From a virus, in the IMG/VR virus record IMGVR_UViG_3300013108_000188: a DNA stretch of 64,000 bases; one strand, 5' to 3'. Positions 34,562 to 44,909 of the stretch are shown here, piece by piece. Position numbers and translations under genes: made by a program. The stretch's first letter is position 1; each line of letters opens with the position of its first letter. The notes beneath the pieces are model-generated. The model had not been told where the DNA came from and searched no databases. It worked only from the letters and a program-made list of their open reading frames with translations.

Positions 34562-35722
34562 TTATTTTACAGACAACTTAATGTCTTTAGTTTTACTAAT
34601 AGCGGTAGTATAAGCAGCCATTGCATTAGACAAATCTTTTGAATCTACTTCATTTGATTGTCCAGCTACCGCATTATCTACTTCGCTGTCAGAATTCGCT
34701 TCTTTTTTATTTCCAAAATATGATTCTTTAATAGTCTCACATTTTTTCTTAAAAGTTTCAGCGTCGGAATACTCAACTTCTTCTGTAAGTTTAGCAAATT
34801 TTTCTTTAGAAGTATCTGCTAAGTCAGAAGCAACATCAGCTAAAATGTCAGCTCTCTCAAGCATATTGCTTTTCTTATTCAATTCAACATTTTTTCCGAT
34901 TTCTTCGTTAAGTTTCTTCTCCAGTTCCTCAATCTTTGAGGCCTGGTCTTCTAACACATCATATTTTTCATCAGGTACATCAATATAGTGGTCTTCAAAA
35001 AGTTTTTTCAGACCGTTAATGAAGTCCTCAGCAATCTCTCCCTTGATACCTTTTTCAATAGCAAGTTCGTTTTCTTTCATCCACTCATTGACAACATAGT
35101 TCAAATAATTGTCTACCTTTTCAACAAGTTCTGATTTTTGCTTAGTACTTTCAGTTTCAAATTTTTTATTATAATCTGCTTCCATTGATTCTTCTATCTC
35201 TCTAACTTTAGATTTGATAGCAGCTTCAAATATAGTAGCAGCTTTGGCTTTAAATTCTTCTGACAAGTCTTTTTCTCCAGAGGTTAAAGCGTCAATGTGT
35301 TCTTTTACATCAACATCTTTTGCTTTCTGGTCATCTTTTTCCTCAGACTTGACTTCATCATCTTTAGATACTTTAACTTCAGCGTCTTTAGATTCTTTTT
35401 TGTCGTCTTTCTTATCTAGGAATTTTTTTAGACCGTCAGGCATTTCTCCCTCGGAAATCTTCTTGCCTTCAGAATCAGTTTCTTTCTCTTCACCTTTAAG
35501 AGTAGGCATAGCGTCAGCTTTACCTTGATTCTTTTGAGGTGCTTGTCCAGAAACTTCTTTTGTGCTTGCGTTAGCTTTAGGATTTTCGTCTGTAGGTTTA
35601 ACTACAGCTTTACCTAAATCCTCAGCGTCATTTTTCAATGGCGTTGGCTCAGCGGCTACAGCGTTCTTTTTAGGAGCGTCTGCTACCGTGTTTTCACTAA
35701 CACTTTTTTCTGTTTCGGCCAT
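34562..35722 (-). CDS. gp22: prohead core scaffold (gp22)
   Basis: LSEEFKAKAATIFEAA, VDNYLNYVVNEWM; synteny. Confidence 0.95.
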   Translation of the reverse strand: MAETEKSVSENTVADAPKKNAVAAEPTPLKNDAEDLGKAVVKPTDENPKANASTKEVSGQAPQKNQGKADAMPTLKGEEKETDSEGKKISEGEMPDGLKKFLDKKDDKKESKDAEVKVSKDDEVKSEEKDDQKAKDVDVKEHIDALTSGEKDLSEEFKAKAATIFEAAIKSKVREIEESMEADYNKKFETESTKQKSELVEKVDNYLNYVVNEWMKENELAIEKGIKGEIAEDFINGLKKLFEDHYIDVPDEKYDVLEDQASKIEELEKKLNEEIGKNVELNKKSNMLERADILADVASDLADTSKEKFAKLTEEVEYSDAETFKKKCETIKESYFGNKKEANSDSEVDNAVAGQSNEVDSKDLSNAMAAYTTAISKTKDIKLSVK

Positions 35723-35773
35723 ATGAAGTTCTCCTTAATTTAAAAAAATAATTATTTTCTTTTCTTTGCTAGA

Positions 35774-35781
35774 TATTTATA
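35774..35781 (-). promoter_or_regulatory. T4-type late promoter (gp22)
   Basis: TATAAATA. Confidence 0.75.
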
Positions 35782-36435
35782 CTAATACAATCCTTTAAGG
35801 AACGATTCAAAGACTTCCGCCTTTGCTTCTGCGATTTTTAGTCGTTTTGCCTCTTGGATGTACTCTTTATATTCTTCTAGCTCTTTTTGTTTAATGACAC
35901 CATTATCCCATATCCACTCTTTTCCTTCCATAATTCCTTCTACGAAAGCGTCTGGAGCTGATGGATCTGCAACAATGTCAGCGGCAGTAGCAAGATAAAA
36001 GTCTTGTCCGACCTGTGCCTCACCGTTTCTACCTCTTTGTAATGAACCCATACCACGACTAGATACGCCTAATTTAGCGCCTTCATCTATAAGATTTTTT
36101 ACAATCTTTCCGTATGGAGTATCCATAACTTTTGCTTCTCCGATGAAGTTATTTCCATCTGGATATAGTTTAGTTATCATATGTGATACTCTTTCCAAGT
36201 TTACCGTTGGTCCGTCAGGATGTCCTAACTCGCCAAAAGCTCTCTTCTGTTCAACAAATTCTCTATTATATCTACTTACTTCTTTTGATAAAGTTTCCTT
36301 TGGATAGACTCTACCGTTTCTATTTTTAATTTCTGATTGTAAGAATACTCCACGGATTTTGTAGTTTTTGCCACCTTGTCCGTTATCTTCTTTAATGTAT
36401 TCTACATTATCTATTGCTTCTGTTATGAGTTTCAT
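35782..36435 (-). CDS. gp21: prohead protease (gp21)
   Basis: MKLITE, NRNGRVYP, GELGHP, GVSSRGMGS, DIVADPSAPDA. Confidence 0.98.
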   Translation of the reverse strand: MKLITEAIDNVEYIKEDNGQGGKNYKIRGVFLQSEIKNRNGRVYPKETLSKEVSRYNREFVEQKRAFGELGHPDGPTVNLERVSHMITKLYPDGNNFIGEAKVMDTPYGKIVKNLIDEGAKLGVSSRGMGSLQRGRNGEAQVGQDFYLATAADIVADPSAPDAFVEGIMEGKEWIWDNGVIKQKELEEYKEYIQEAKRLKIAEAKAEVFESFLKGLY

Positions 36436-36459
36436 TAGTCTATCTCTCTCTTTCCTTAA

Positions 36460-36467
36460 TATTTATA
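36460..36467 (-). promoter_or_regulatory. T4-type late promoter (gp21)
   Basis: TATAAATA. Confidence 0.75.
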
Positions 36468-36474
36468 CATTTTA

Positions 36475-36870
36475 TTATCTAAATTCAACAATCAATGTGT
36501 AATTGTCGTGTAAAGCAAAGTTTTTAGTTGACAAATATACATAACCAGTAGCACCAGTAGCGTTATTAGCTATATCATTTCCTGCAGTTCTAAAGTCAAA
36601 AACTCCATTTCCTGATAATACAAGTGCTGTTGTGTTGGCAGAAGAACCTCCCCAGGATATCTCTACTGCCGATTTTGAGTTTGCTGTATTAATTGAATAC
36701 CAGACTTTAGCAATAGTCTTGGTACCATCTGTTGTCATAAAATTAGATGTTGTCGGATTAACTAACACACTATCAGTTTCACCAGTACCATCACTTATGT
36801 TTGTTCTCTTAACAACATATTTTACGCCTGCTGTATCTGATACTATTTGCGTTGTTATTGCGTCTGCCAT
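36475..36870 (-). CDS. putative virion protein (head module)
   Basis: 131-aa beta-rich protein between gp20 and gp21. Confidence 0.6.
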   Translation of the reverse strand: MADAITTQIVSDTAGVKYVVKRTNISDGTGETDSVLVNPTTSNFMTTDGTKTIAKVWYSINTANSKSAVEISWGGSSANTTALVLSGNGVFDFRTAGNDIANNATGATGYVYLSTKNFALHDNYTLIVEFR

Positions 36871-36880
36871 TTTTTATCCT

Positions 36881-37252
36881 CTAACTATTTGGTCCTAATT
36901 CTGTTTCTTTTTGTACTTCTACTGCCAAGTCAAACTTACTAACTTCTTTATCAGCAGAAACTTTTAATTCAGTAGCCGTATCTAATTTTTGGTCTATAAC
37001 CTTTCGTGCTTCTCCTTCTTTTAATCCCCAATTACCAAACCTTTCTAAAACTAAAGTTTGGTCTCCGAGTGTAAGAGTCACTTTTGGATAGATTTCATTT
37101 TCGTAATCATTTCCTCTTATCTCATAATATACATTCGCTAATGATATACTCTTGTCGGAGCTAAATAAAGTTCCGCTATCTTCGCCTACACCACTAGCAG
37201 TTATAATTGCCTTATTGGTGTCATCAACTTTTGTATTGACAACTAAAGTCAT
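36881..37252 (-). CDS. putative virion protein, likely paralog of 36475..36870
   Basis: Shared pattern G.GE...L...(I/L)A.V.Y.I...V....LVL...G.(W/F). Confidence 0.55.
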   Translation of the reverse strand: MTLVVNTKVDDTNKAIITASGVGEDSGTLFSSDKSISLANVYYEIRGNDYENEIYPKVTLTLGDQTLVLERFGNWGLKEGEARKVIDQKLDTATELKVSADKEVSKFDLAVEVQKETELGPNS

Positions 37253-37257
37253 ATTTC

Positions 37258-37494
37258 TTACTCTTCAAAGTATGCTTTAATATCTGACTCAACAACTCCC
37301 GTTGCCGCCGCTACTTCAGCTACTTTAGTTTCAATAATGCTAACCAAATCTTGTGGTTGCGACCAATCAACACCATCTAAAGATTCAATTAATTGTTTAA
37401 CTGCTTCTTTCATTGATGGTGAAAGATTTATATATTTGTCGTTACCGATAAAACCTGATACATTACCAACTATACTTGATACCGTTAATGCCAT
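37258..37494 (-). CDS. hypothetical head-module protein
   Basis: 78 aa with GGAG SD; synteny. Confidence 0.65.
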   Translation of the reverse strand: MALTVSSIVGNVSGFIGNDKYINLSPSMKEAVKQLIESLDGVDWSQPQDLVSIIETKVAEVAAATGVVESDIKAYFEE

Positions 37495-37508
37495 TTTTTA
37501 TTCTCCTG

Positions 37509-37895
37509 TTAATTACTTTGTTCTGAACCAGAATCAGCAGGTGCTTCTGCAGGTGCTGTTTCGGCAGGTGCCGTATCAGCAGGTGTAGCATTAGCAGCTC
37601 CATCTGGCGTCATTGCTGTTTGTACATCATCCCTTGTTGCAGTCTGAGCAATCGGATCAGCCACTTCTGGTTTAGGATCCGAGTGAGGTTCTGCCTGTCC
37701 AGGCGTTTGTGTCATAACATCCCTAGCAGCGTTAAATAGATTACTCGCATAATCTTTTCTGCTAGCATCCAAAGCGTCACCAACTTTATTTCTTAATGCG
37801 TCTTTAAATGCTTCACCAGCACTTTTGTTATCACCACTTGCAAGTTTATCAACAAACTTTTCTGTATCTGTCTGTTTTGTTTCATTATCAGCCAT
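37509..37895 (-). CDS. prohead core protein (gp67-like)
   Basis: Immediately downstream of the portal; helical N-terminus and acidic Ala/Pro-rich tail. Confidence 0.6.
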   Translation of the reverse strand: MADNETKQTDTEKFVDKLASGDNKSAGEAFKDALRNKVGDALDASRKDYASNLFNAARDVMTQTPGQAEPHSDPKPEVADPIAQTATRDDVQTAMTPDGAANATPADTAPAETAPAEAPADSGSEQSN

Positions 37896-37904
37896 ATTTT
37901 TCTC

Positions 37905-39428
37905 CTATATTATATCAGGTTCATCACCAGAAACCTGAACGGTTGGACTGGATATGATACCATCATTTATTTCTTTCTTAATTTGTTTGTCTATATCAGC
38001 TATTTCTCTTTCAGATTGTTTAAGTATATTTTGTCTAACATACTTAACTGAAAAGTATTTACCAACATAGTCTCGTACATCATTTGCCAACATTATTCTT
38101 TCTTTTAATAATTCAGCATTTTTCAGTTCCGAGAAGTGACCATCAGCAAGAAAATCATATTTAATTTTCTCTTTGACATTCACCCAATCGTCTTCGTTTA
38201 TGATTGCCTTTAAAACTAATTGTGTTCTCAGCAAATCATTAAACAATTCTGTAAATTTCTTACGCAATCTTTGTACAAATTTTGTAAATTTAAGTTCGTC
38301 TCTAGTAATCTCGGTACTTCTACCTAGATTGAATCCTTGACTTGCTTCTAATCTACTAATAGGTACATTAAGCGAACGGTATAGTTTTCTTTGGAAGTAT
38401 TCTATATCCGCAACTTCGCCTAAATTTTGACCACCAGGTAAAGTGGAAATATCAGTTCCTCTTCCACCTTCTCTACTTGGTAACCAAAAGTCTTCAAGCA
38501 TAGACATATAGTTTCTGTCGTCTCTAATTTCTCCAGTACTTGCGTCATAGACAAGTTTGTTTCTGTATCTTGCCATTACATCACGCAAATATTGTTCTGC
38601 TTTTACTTTAGGTAAATTACCTACATCAATTTTAAAAATTCTTCTTTCAGGTGCTCTTGCAATTCTGTATATAACAACAGCGTCTTCAATCATTCTTAAT
38701 TGATTGACAGGTTTAATTGCTTTGTGCATATAAGACATAACCATATTCTTATTCAAATCAACTAAACCACTTGGACAAAAAGTAATAGCGTCTGTAGCAA
38801 TTTTTAATCCACCACTTGCCATTCCTGGTCCTGCAACACCTTTTTCATTATATAAAAAGTATTCGTTATAATCGTGTATGACCTGAATATTTGCTAATGG
38901 TACAGGTCTACCTTTTTTAATTTCTCTTATCTTCTTAATTTTTCTCGGGTCAATATATCTTAATTCTGTAATACCCTTAATTGGAGATTCTCTATCAATT
39001 ATTTTATGATAGTAAATTCTTCCATCTACATACCATCTACGAAATATATCGTGTCCTTTCGTAGAAAAGTTTAGAAGTCTTAAAACTTCTTTAAATTCAT
39101 CTTCAACTTTTCTTTTAATGTTATCAGAAAAGTTTGTATCTTTTAAATCTACTCTAACTGGATCTTTCTCAATCTCGTTTGCAACAATAGCTTCGTTGAC
39201 TATATCTTCAACTGCCATATCGCATTCTGGATGTATTGAAATTTCCCTATACCTACGAATTAAGTCTTGCTCAGTTTTTGCAGTACCTTCCATATCAAGG
39301 TACTGACCAAAATAACCTCCAGCGGCGACGGTTTGTGTACCGTCATCCGCTTTAGGTTGTGTAAAACTTTGTTTCGGGTCTGGAGTTTGCTTAACTCTAG
39401 TTATTTGGAAACCGAAAAGTTCTGCCAT
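37905..39428 (-). CDS. gp20: portal protein (gp20)
   Basis: FRRWYVDGR, YRIARAPERRIF.IDVGNLP, EDFWLPSREGGRGT, ITRDELKF. Confidence 0.99.
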   Translation of the reverse strand: MAELFGFQITRVKQTPDPKQSFTQPKADDGTQTVAAGGYFGQYLDMEGTAKTEQDLIRRYREISIHPECDMAVEDIVNEAIVANEIEKDPVRVDLKDTNFSDNIKRKVEDEFKEVLRLLNFSTKGHDIFRRWYVDGRIYYHKIIDRESPIKGITELRYIDPRKIKKIREIKKGRPVPLANIQVIHDYNEYFLYNEKGVAGPGMASGGLKIATDAITFCPSGLVDLNKNMVMSYMHKAIKPVNQLRMIEDAVVIYRIARAPERRIFKIDVGNLPKVKAEQYLRDVMARYRNKLVYDASTGEIRDDRNYMSMLEDFWLPSREGGRGTDISTLPGGQNLGEVADIEYFQRKLYRSLNVPISRLEASQGFNLGRSTEITRDELKFTKFVQRLRKKFTELFNDLLRTQLVLKAIINEDDWVNVKEKIKYDFLADGHFSELKNAELLKERIMLANDVRDYVGKYFSVKYVRQNILKQSEREIADIDKQIKKEINDGIISSPTVQVSGDEPDII

Positions 39429-39456
39429 TTTATATCCTCACTTTATTTGTACTAAT

Positions 39457-39464
39457 TATTTATT
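39457..39464 (-). promoter_or_regulatory. late promoter variant (gp20)
   Basis: AATAAATA. Confidence 0.55.
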
Positions 39465-39470
39465 CAACTA

Positions 39471-39998
39471 TTAAGTAGTCGTTCTCGCTTCAAAATTTAG
39501 GTATCTAAACGAAACATCAAAAGTCTCAACAGCATCCGTTGGTGCCATATCTAACTCAATACTACTTACGGATATTGGAAAACATCCTCTCATAGTATAA
39601 GATTTAATAGTAGCGCCATTTCTGTCAAGGTGGTCAATAAATGCGTCAACTTGATAATCAACAGGATTTGTTAATCCTTCGTTATCTGACATATTATTAA
39701 TACCATTTTGCCATCTTTCAAATGCGTCTCTTAATCTAAAGTTTGTATCGTTAAGTACCGTAATATCCCAAGCTTCAAATGTTCTATCACCTGCTAAGTA
39801 TATTGGTCTACCACGGAAATTAACCGTTGTAAGTCCAAGTGTCATAGCTGGAATAGTAGTAGTTTGTACTAGGAACGCCAGTTCTTCTGTTTCTCCACCA
39901 ACTTGTGCGTAACCAGGAAAAGGCATAGTTACCTTAAACTGGTTCTTACGAGCTCCGCCGCCTGCAAGTTTGGTTTTGAAGTCATTTATGTTTGCCAT
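39471..39998 (-). CDS. gp19: tail tube protein (gp19)
   Basis: GGGAR.NQF, FRGR...AGDRTF, LDRNG. Confidence 0.96.
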   Translation of the reverse strand: MANINDFKTKLAGGGARKNQFKVTMPFPGYAQVGGETEELAFLVQTTTIPAMTLGLTTVNFRGRPIYLAGDRTFEAWDITVLNDTNFRLRDAFERWQNGINNMSDNEGLTNPVDYQVDAFIDHLDRNGATIKSYTMRGCFPISVSSIELDMAPTDAVETFDVSFRYLNFEARTTT

Positions 39999-40021
39999 TT
40001 TTTATTTCTCCTCTTTACCTA

Positions 40022-41962
40022 TTAACCTGCGACTTCTTCAAAAGCCACGCCAGTTCTCGTTGCAACGAAAGATAATGTGATAAAGTTAATGCTTCTTGCT
40101 GGTTTAATATAAATCTCAGCAATGAATTCATTTCTATCAATTACTTCGCCTGTGTTGTTAGTTTCATCACACACTACTAAAAAGTCTGTGATACCTCGTC
40201 TACCTTGTACTTCTCTTAAAAAAGGTTCTACCATATTTCTAAAACCAGCTCTAGTGAACTCATCGTTGAATTCAAATAGTTGGAATTTAGAAGCAGTAGC
40301 GATTGCCTTCTCTAATACGATAAACAATTTTCTGACATTGATTCTGTCAAACGCAGATGGAGTAGTTAATCCAGTTTTATCTCCAAACAAGATAATACCT
40401 TGTCCAGGGAATGAAACAACAGGATTGATTCTAGCTCTATATAACTCGTCTCTTTGAGTTTTATTAGGACTATATGCCAATTTAACAGCACCTCTAATAA
40501 TACCTCTATTTAATCCAGCAGGACTAAACCAAGGATCGTTAGTTAGGTCTGTTCTAGCACATAAGCCAGCCATATCTCCGTTTAGTGGAACATATCTATA
40601 GACATCGTTATATCTGTCGTATGTATATTTGTAACCACTATCAAAAACTATGTAAGATGATGAACGAATTGTATTAAAAAATGCTAATACATTTTTCGTT
40701 TGTGTTATCGCAGAAGTGATGTTTACTACATCGGACCTTTCAGGACTAGCGAACACTACACAATCTTTTCTTTGTTCAGCGATTGTAATTAAATCACCGA
40801 TTAAAGCAGCGGAAGCGTTTCCAGCCATTATTAATCCAACATCAACCGTTTCTGAATCAGCAAATTTTTCAAACGCAGTCTTTCTTGCTCCATCAGTAAC
40901 CGTACCATCTACACCACCAGCGAAGGTTAGTGCGATAGGAGCGGTAACATCTGTATAAGCAGAAGTAGCTGCTGTTTTAGAATCTCCCCAATTAGTTCCG
41001 TTTGAGTTGTGGTCTCCCCAATAGATGAAAGATGATTTTCTGTAAATAACTTCTGCATAGAAATTATTTGAACCACCTGCATCCTTGGCGTCTTTTGCCT
41101 TTGATACTTTTTCGTATATCTCTAATACTTCGTCTTTAGTACCGTTTACTGAACCGTCTGCATCCACAACAACCAAGTGTAGCTCGTCATTACTTCTTCC
41201 TGCTTTTTCAACATCTGGAGATGTTCCAGGTGCTCCATTTACTTGGTCATAATATTGCCATCTTCGTCTTACATTAGCACCGTTTGGACAGATTGCTCCA
41301 AGTCCACCAGTACCTACTTTTTTCTTAAATGTAATATCGTTAGATGAAACATTAGTAACCTCGTATTCTAGGCCGTCATCATAGTCGTTAGTTCCTGCCG
41401 TAGATGAGAAAGATATAATGTCACCAACACCAATGTTGGTTCCACTTGCTACCGTGATTTGTGTATCGCCTACTGCTACAGCTGAATCAGAAACCGTGGT
41501 TACGCCTTCTGTTTCATAAGCAGTCGCTGAAGGACAAACAGATACTTTTAATCCATTACCCCAAGCTCCCGCTGTTCTAGCAGCAAACTCAATGCCAGAG
41601 ATTCCTGTGTAAGCACCATCCGCTAAGTATGTAGAACTATAATGATCCGTGTGTCGGATCAATAGTGCTGTACCTGAATTGGTTACAGCGTTTTTTATAC
41701 CAGTATTTTCTGTTCGTACAACTTTTAGGGCATTGGAATACTGAAGGAAAGATGAAGCAGTAAAATACTCTTCAAAGTTGCTTGCAGTTGGTTTTCCAAA
41801 AACACTAACAAAATCTTGTTCAGAAGAGATAAGTGTTACCTCTCCTACTGGACCTCTTGTAGAATTGAAAGCATATGCTCCAATACTAGTAGATACAGCT
41901 GGGATTATATTAGTTAAATCCTTTTCTTGTACGAGAACTCCTGGTGATACTTGAAATGCCAT
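40022..41962 (-). CDS. gp18: contractile tail sheath (gp18)
   Basis: SPGVLVQEKD, WFSPAGLNRG, FDRINVRKLF, FEFNDEFTR, KPARSINFI. Confidence 0.98.
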   Translation of the reverse strand: MAFQVSPGVLVQEKDLTNIIPAVSTSIGAYAFNSTRGPVGEVTLISSEQDFVSVFGKPTASNFEEYFTASSFLQYSNALKVVRTENTGIKNAVTNSGTALLIRHTDHYSSTYLADGAYTGISGIEFAARTAGAWGNGLKVSVCPSATAYETEGVTTVSDSAVAVGDTQITVASGTNIGVGDIISFSSTAGTNDYDDGLEYEVTNVSSNDITFKKKVGTGGLGAICPNGANVRRRWQYYDQVNGAPGTSPDVEKAGRSNDELHLVVVDADGSVNGTKDEVLEIYEKVSKAKDAKDAGGSNNFYAEVIYRKSSFIYWGDHNSNGTNWGDSKTAATSAYTDVTAPIALTFAGGVDGTVTDGARKTAFEKFADSETVDVGLIMAGNASAALIGDLITIAEQRKDCVVFASPERSDVVNITSAITQTKNVLAFFNTIRSSSYIVFDSGYKYTYDRYNDVYRYVPLNGDMAGLCARTDLTNDPWFSPAGLNRGIIRGAVKLAYSPNKTQRDELYRARINPVVSFPGQGIILFGDKTGLTTPSAFDRINVRKLFIVLEKAIATASKFQLFEFNDEFTRAGFRNMVEPFLREVQGRRGITDFLVVCDETNNTGEVIDRNEFIAEIYIKPARSINFITLSFVATRTGVAFEEVAG

Positions 41963-42077
41963 TAGGTTTTCTCCTCTTTATTATTTGTTTTTGTATTTAA
42001 ATTTAAATACATAATTTACCTTATTGTTCAAAAGTCGTATTATTCATACGCCCATATTCAAATTTCTCAATTGCTTA

Positions 42078-42085
42078 TATTTATG
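42078..42085 (-). promoter_or_regulatory. late promoter variant (gp18)
   Basis: CATAAATA in the intergenic gap. Confidence 0.55.
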
Positions 42086-42101
42086 ATTAACCAAATCTAT
42101 A

Positions 42102-43739
42102 CTATTGTCCTTTGCGTACTACAGGATGCCAGACCGTTCCATATTCATCTACGGTCGGTTTGTCTTCCTCTTTGGTTATACCATCATCTACAAAGCCAAA
42201 AGGTGCCATATCTTGCTCTATTAACTTCTCTTGCTCTTTGTACATTTCTGCTCGTATGTTTCTGTCTGTCATTTCCTTAAAAAACCTTTGATTTGCAACC
42301 CAACCAAGTATAACCAGACAGGTCATATAGTCGTCATTGCAACCTTCTTCTGCCTGCCAAGATTGATTTTTTCGGGTATAAGTAGACATTTCTTCTATGA
42401 TATTGAAGTCATTTATAATCAGTTTATCACTTTCTATAATTGATTTTATATTAGCAGTACCCATTTTCTTTACCTGTTTTGTCATCCGAACACCTAATTG
42501 GCTTCCTCTTTGACTGAACATAGCACCTAGGATTTGACCTGCTCTACCTTTTTGTGTAGTCATTAATACATTTGGATACTCAATTTCAAAATGTAGTCCA
42601 TCTGAAATCTGAGCGCCTATATCATTTACTTCAACAAGTATATGTGCATTGTCATATTGCTTACATACTTTAGCAATCATTTCTGGAAATAACATAGGTT
42701 TAATTTCATTGTCTCTAAATGTAGCAACCACTCTATAAGGTAAGTTGGTTACATCATAAACAATAAATGCTGAATAATCTTTTAGTGTACCTCTGGCAAC
42801 ATCAACCGTACATAGGTATGTGTTGCCTTTTACAGGTTCTTCAAAGATACTTAATCTACCATTTGTTTTAAGTGGTGTAATATACGGTGTCGCTTTTATT
42901 TTTGAGGCAGCTATTAATGTATCTATACTACCTAAAAATTCACACTCAAACTCACTAGCAAATTGTGCTTCCGATGTATTTCTAATTGTTTCTTCTTTCC
43001 ATTTTGCGTCTCTACCTGGTACTTCTGACCAATGTACTTCTAATGGAATATAATTATTTTTTCCGTTCTCACTATCTATCCATAGTTTATAAAACTGATT
43101 CATTCCGTGTGGAGTTGATACTATAATTACTTTAGTTGATTTACCAGAAGTAATTGTAGGATAAACGGAACTAAAAAATTGTTCGGCAATCGTTGTAGGT
43201 ACGAAAGCAAACTCGTCAAGGAATATTATATTATATGAACCACCTCGGACAGCACTTGAAGATGTAGCGGCCGCAACTATTTTACTTCCATTTTCTAATT
43301 CAATATTACCTTTGTTCCAATTTAATACACCTTGTTGTAACCATTTAGGTAAGTTTTCATAAGCTAGTTGTAATCTTCCCAATATATCTCTAGCAGTAGA
43401 AGATTTATTGGCAAGAATCGCTATACTTGAATTGGGATTAAATAACGCATAATGTAATAAGTAAGATATGATAGTTGTAGATTTACCACTTTGTCTAGGT
43501 AGTTTATAGATTGAAAACCTATTGTTGTGCATAGTATCAATCATCTTATCTTGGAATTTATAAGTTGTAAAAGGAACCAAACCTTCATCAAGCGATACAA
43601 TCTTTACATAGTTTTTAATAAAGTATAATGGGTCTCCACTACACTTCGCAAACTCCTCAACCTGTTCTTTTGTGAACTCGGATTGAACACCTGATTTTTT
43701 TAGATTAGGATTACCTAAATATGCGTCATTAGTTATCAT
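42102..43739 (-). CDS. gp17: terminase large subunit (gp17)
   Basis: YLGNPNLK, PRQSGKST, LDEFAF, STPHG, DVARG, DDY. Confidence 0.98.
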   Translation of the reverse strand: MITNDAYLGNPNLKKSGVQSEFTKEQVEEFAKCSGDPLYFIKNYVKIVSLDEGLVPFTTYKFQDKMIDTMHNNRFSIYKLPRQSGKSTTIISYLLHYALFNPNSSIAILANKSSTARDILGRLQLAYENLPKWLQQGVLNWNKGNIELENGSKIVAAATSSSAVRGGSYNIIFLDEFAFVPTTIAEQFFSSVYPTITSGKSTKVIIVSTPHGMNQFYKLWIDSENGKNNYIPLEVHWSEVPGRDAKWKEETIRNTSEAQFASEFECEFLGSIDTLIAASKIKATPYITPLKTNGRLSIFEEPVKGNTYLCTVDVARGTLKDYSAFIVYDVTNLPYRVVATFRDNEIKPMLFPEMIAKVCKQYDNAHILVEVNDIGAQISDGLHFEIEYPNVLMTTQKGRAGQILGAMFSQRGSQLGVRMTKQVKKMGTANIKSIIESDKLIINDFNIIEEMSTYTRKNQSWQAEEGCNDDYMTCLVILGWVANQRFFKEMTDRNIRAEMYKEQEKLIEQDMAPFGFVDDGITKEEDKPTVDEYGTVWHPVVRKGQ

Positions 43740-44214
43740 CTTTTGTCTCTATTGGTTCTAATTCATCTTGCATTTTTTCTGAAGTTGTTTTAAGTTTTTT
43801 ATCTTTTAACATCTTTTGCAAGTCTGTAGTACTCCCAACAAATAAAGCATTTTTGATATTGGCAGTTGTCTTATTAGGCACCTCTTTTAATTTTGATAAT
43901 TTAGCTTGTAAGTCTTGTAATTTATCAACGGTGTCTGCTACATTTTTAATTAATGCACCTGCAACTTCATATGCTCTTGGATGTTGTCCTTCTTTTGCAA
44001 CATCTAATATACCTTGTATTGCGTCTTGTCCTCTCTCAATAAGATTATAATAATTCTCTCTACTATATTTGTAATCATTATCTATATCGTCCTTTTTAGG
44101 ATCCTCTTTTCTAGGTACAGGAACTTTTTTCTCTTGCACCATTAATTCAGCGACAGGAGTACTTTCTTCCTTAATACCTAAAATATCATTTACTTTGTCT
44201 TCTAGTTTTCCCAT
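43729..44214 (-). CDS. gp16: terminase small subunit (gp16)
   Basis: DYKYSR, HPRAYEV, NALFVGST. Confidence 0.95.
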   Translation of the reverse strand: MGKLEDKVNDILGIKEESTPVAELMVQEKKVPVPRKEDPKKDDIDNDYKYSRENYYNLIERGQDAIQGILDVAKEGQHPRAYEVAGALIKNVADTVDKLQDLQAKLSKLKEVPNKTTANIKNALFVGSTTDLQKMLKDKKLKTTSEKMQDELEPIETKDDN

Positions 44215-44894
44215 TAGTCTTTACCTTCTATACTTGTTCCTTTAAAAGGATCATTTCTTGTATCTCTATTATTTTCATTAAACTCTTCTTTTTCTAATAA
44301 AGAAAAATTACAATTTAAAACAATTCTCATTTCATTTTTCATTGGATTAGCACTTGCGTGGAATCTATTTCCTTTAAACATAATACACCTATTTCTTTTT
44401 GGTGATATTCTCTTATGTATAGTTAGTTTTTTTGGTTTCTTTAGCTTATCAAATTTCTCATTAAACAAATAAGTATCGCCATCAGAATCTATTGGATAAT
44501 AAATTAAAACAAAATGTTGTGCCATTTCTTCATCATCAATATGTGCTGTGTTATACATACCTTTTTTGAAATCTGGATGTGGTTGTATCATATTAAATTT
44601 TAATCTCATTATATCTTTCACTTTATAACCAAAACCTTCAACCATCATATTCAAAGCATATTTAATTGGTTCTAATCCTGGATTAACTTGTGGTCTTTGG
44701 TCTAGGTGTGAATAGATACGGTGTACCATTTGAACGGTATTAAATGTATTGTCATCTTTAACAATACCTGGATTGTTCATTTGATTTGCTAATATATCTT
44801 TAGATATTATATAACCTAATCTGTATATATTGTGTTGGAAACTATTTGCTACATTCTCTGGTAGAGCATTGTCTCTTACTAATATTTCGTCCAT
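44214..44894 (-). CDS. 2OG-Fe(II) oxygenase
   Basis: AHID, IYYPIDSDGDT, PKRNR..F.G..FHAS, RIVLN. Confidence 0.85.
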   Translation of the reverse strand: MDEILVRDNALPENVANSFQHNIYRLGYIISKDILANQMNNPGIVKDDNTFNTVQMVHRIYSHLDQRPQVNPGLEPIKYALNMMVEGFGYKVKDIMRLKFNMIQPHPDFKKGMYNTAHIDDEEMAQHFVLIYYPIDSDGDTYLFNEKFDKLKKPKKLTIHKRISPKRNRCIMFKGNRFHASANPMKNEMRIVLNCNFSLLEKEEFNENNRDTRNDPFKGTSIEGKD

Positions 44895-44909
44895 TATATC
44901 CTCTCATTA

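Noticed and set aside
37537-37590. Short GCAGGTGC-type tandem repeats
   Set aside because: They simply encode the Ala-Pro-Ala low-complexity tail of the core protein.
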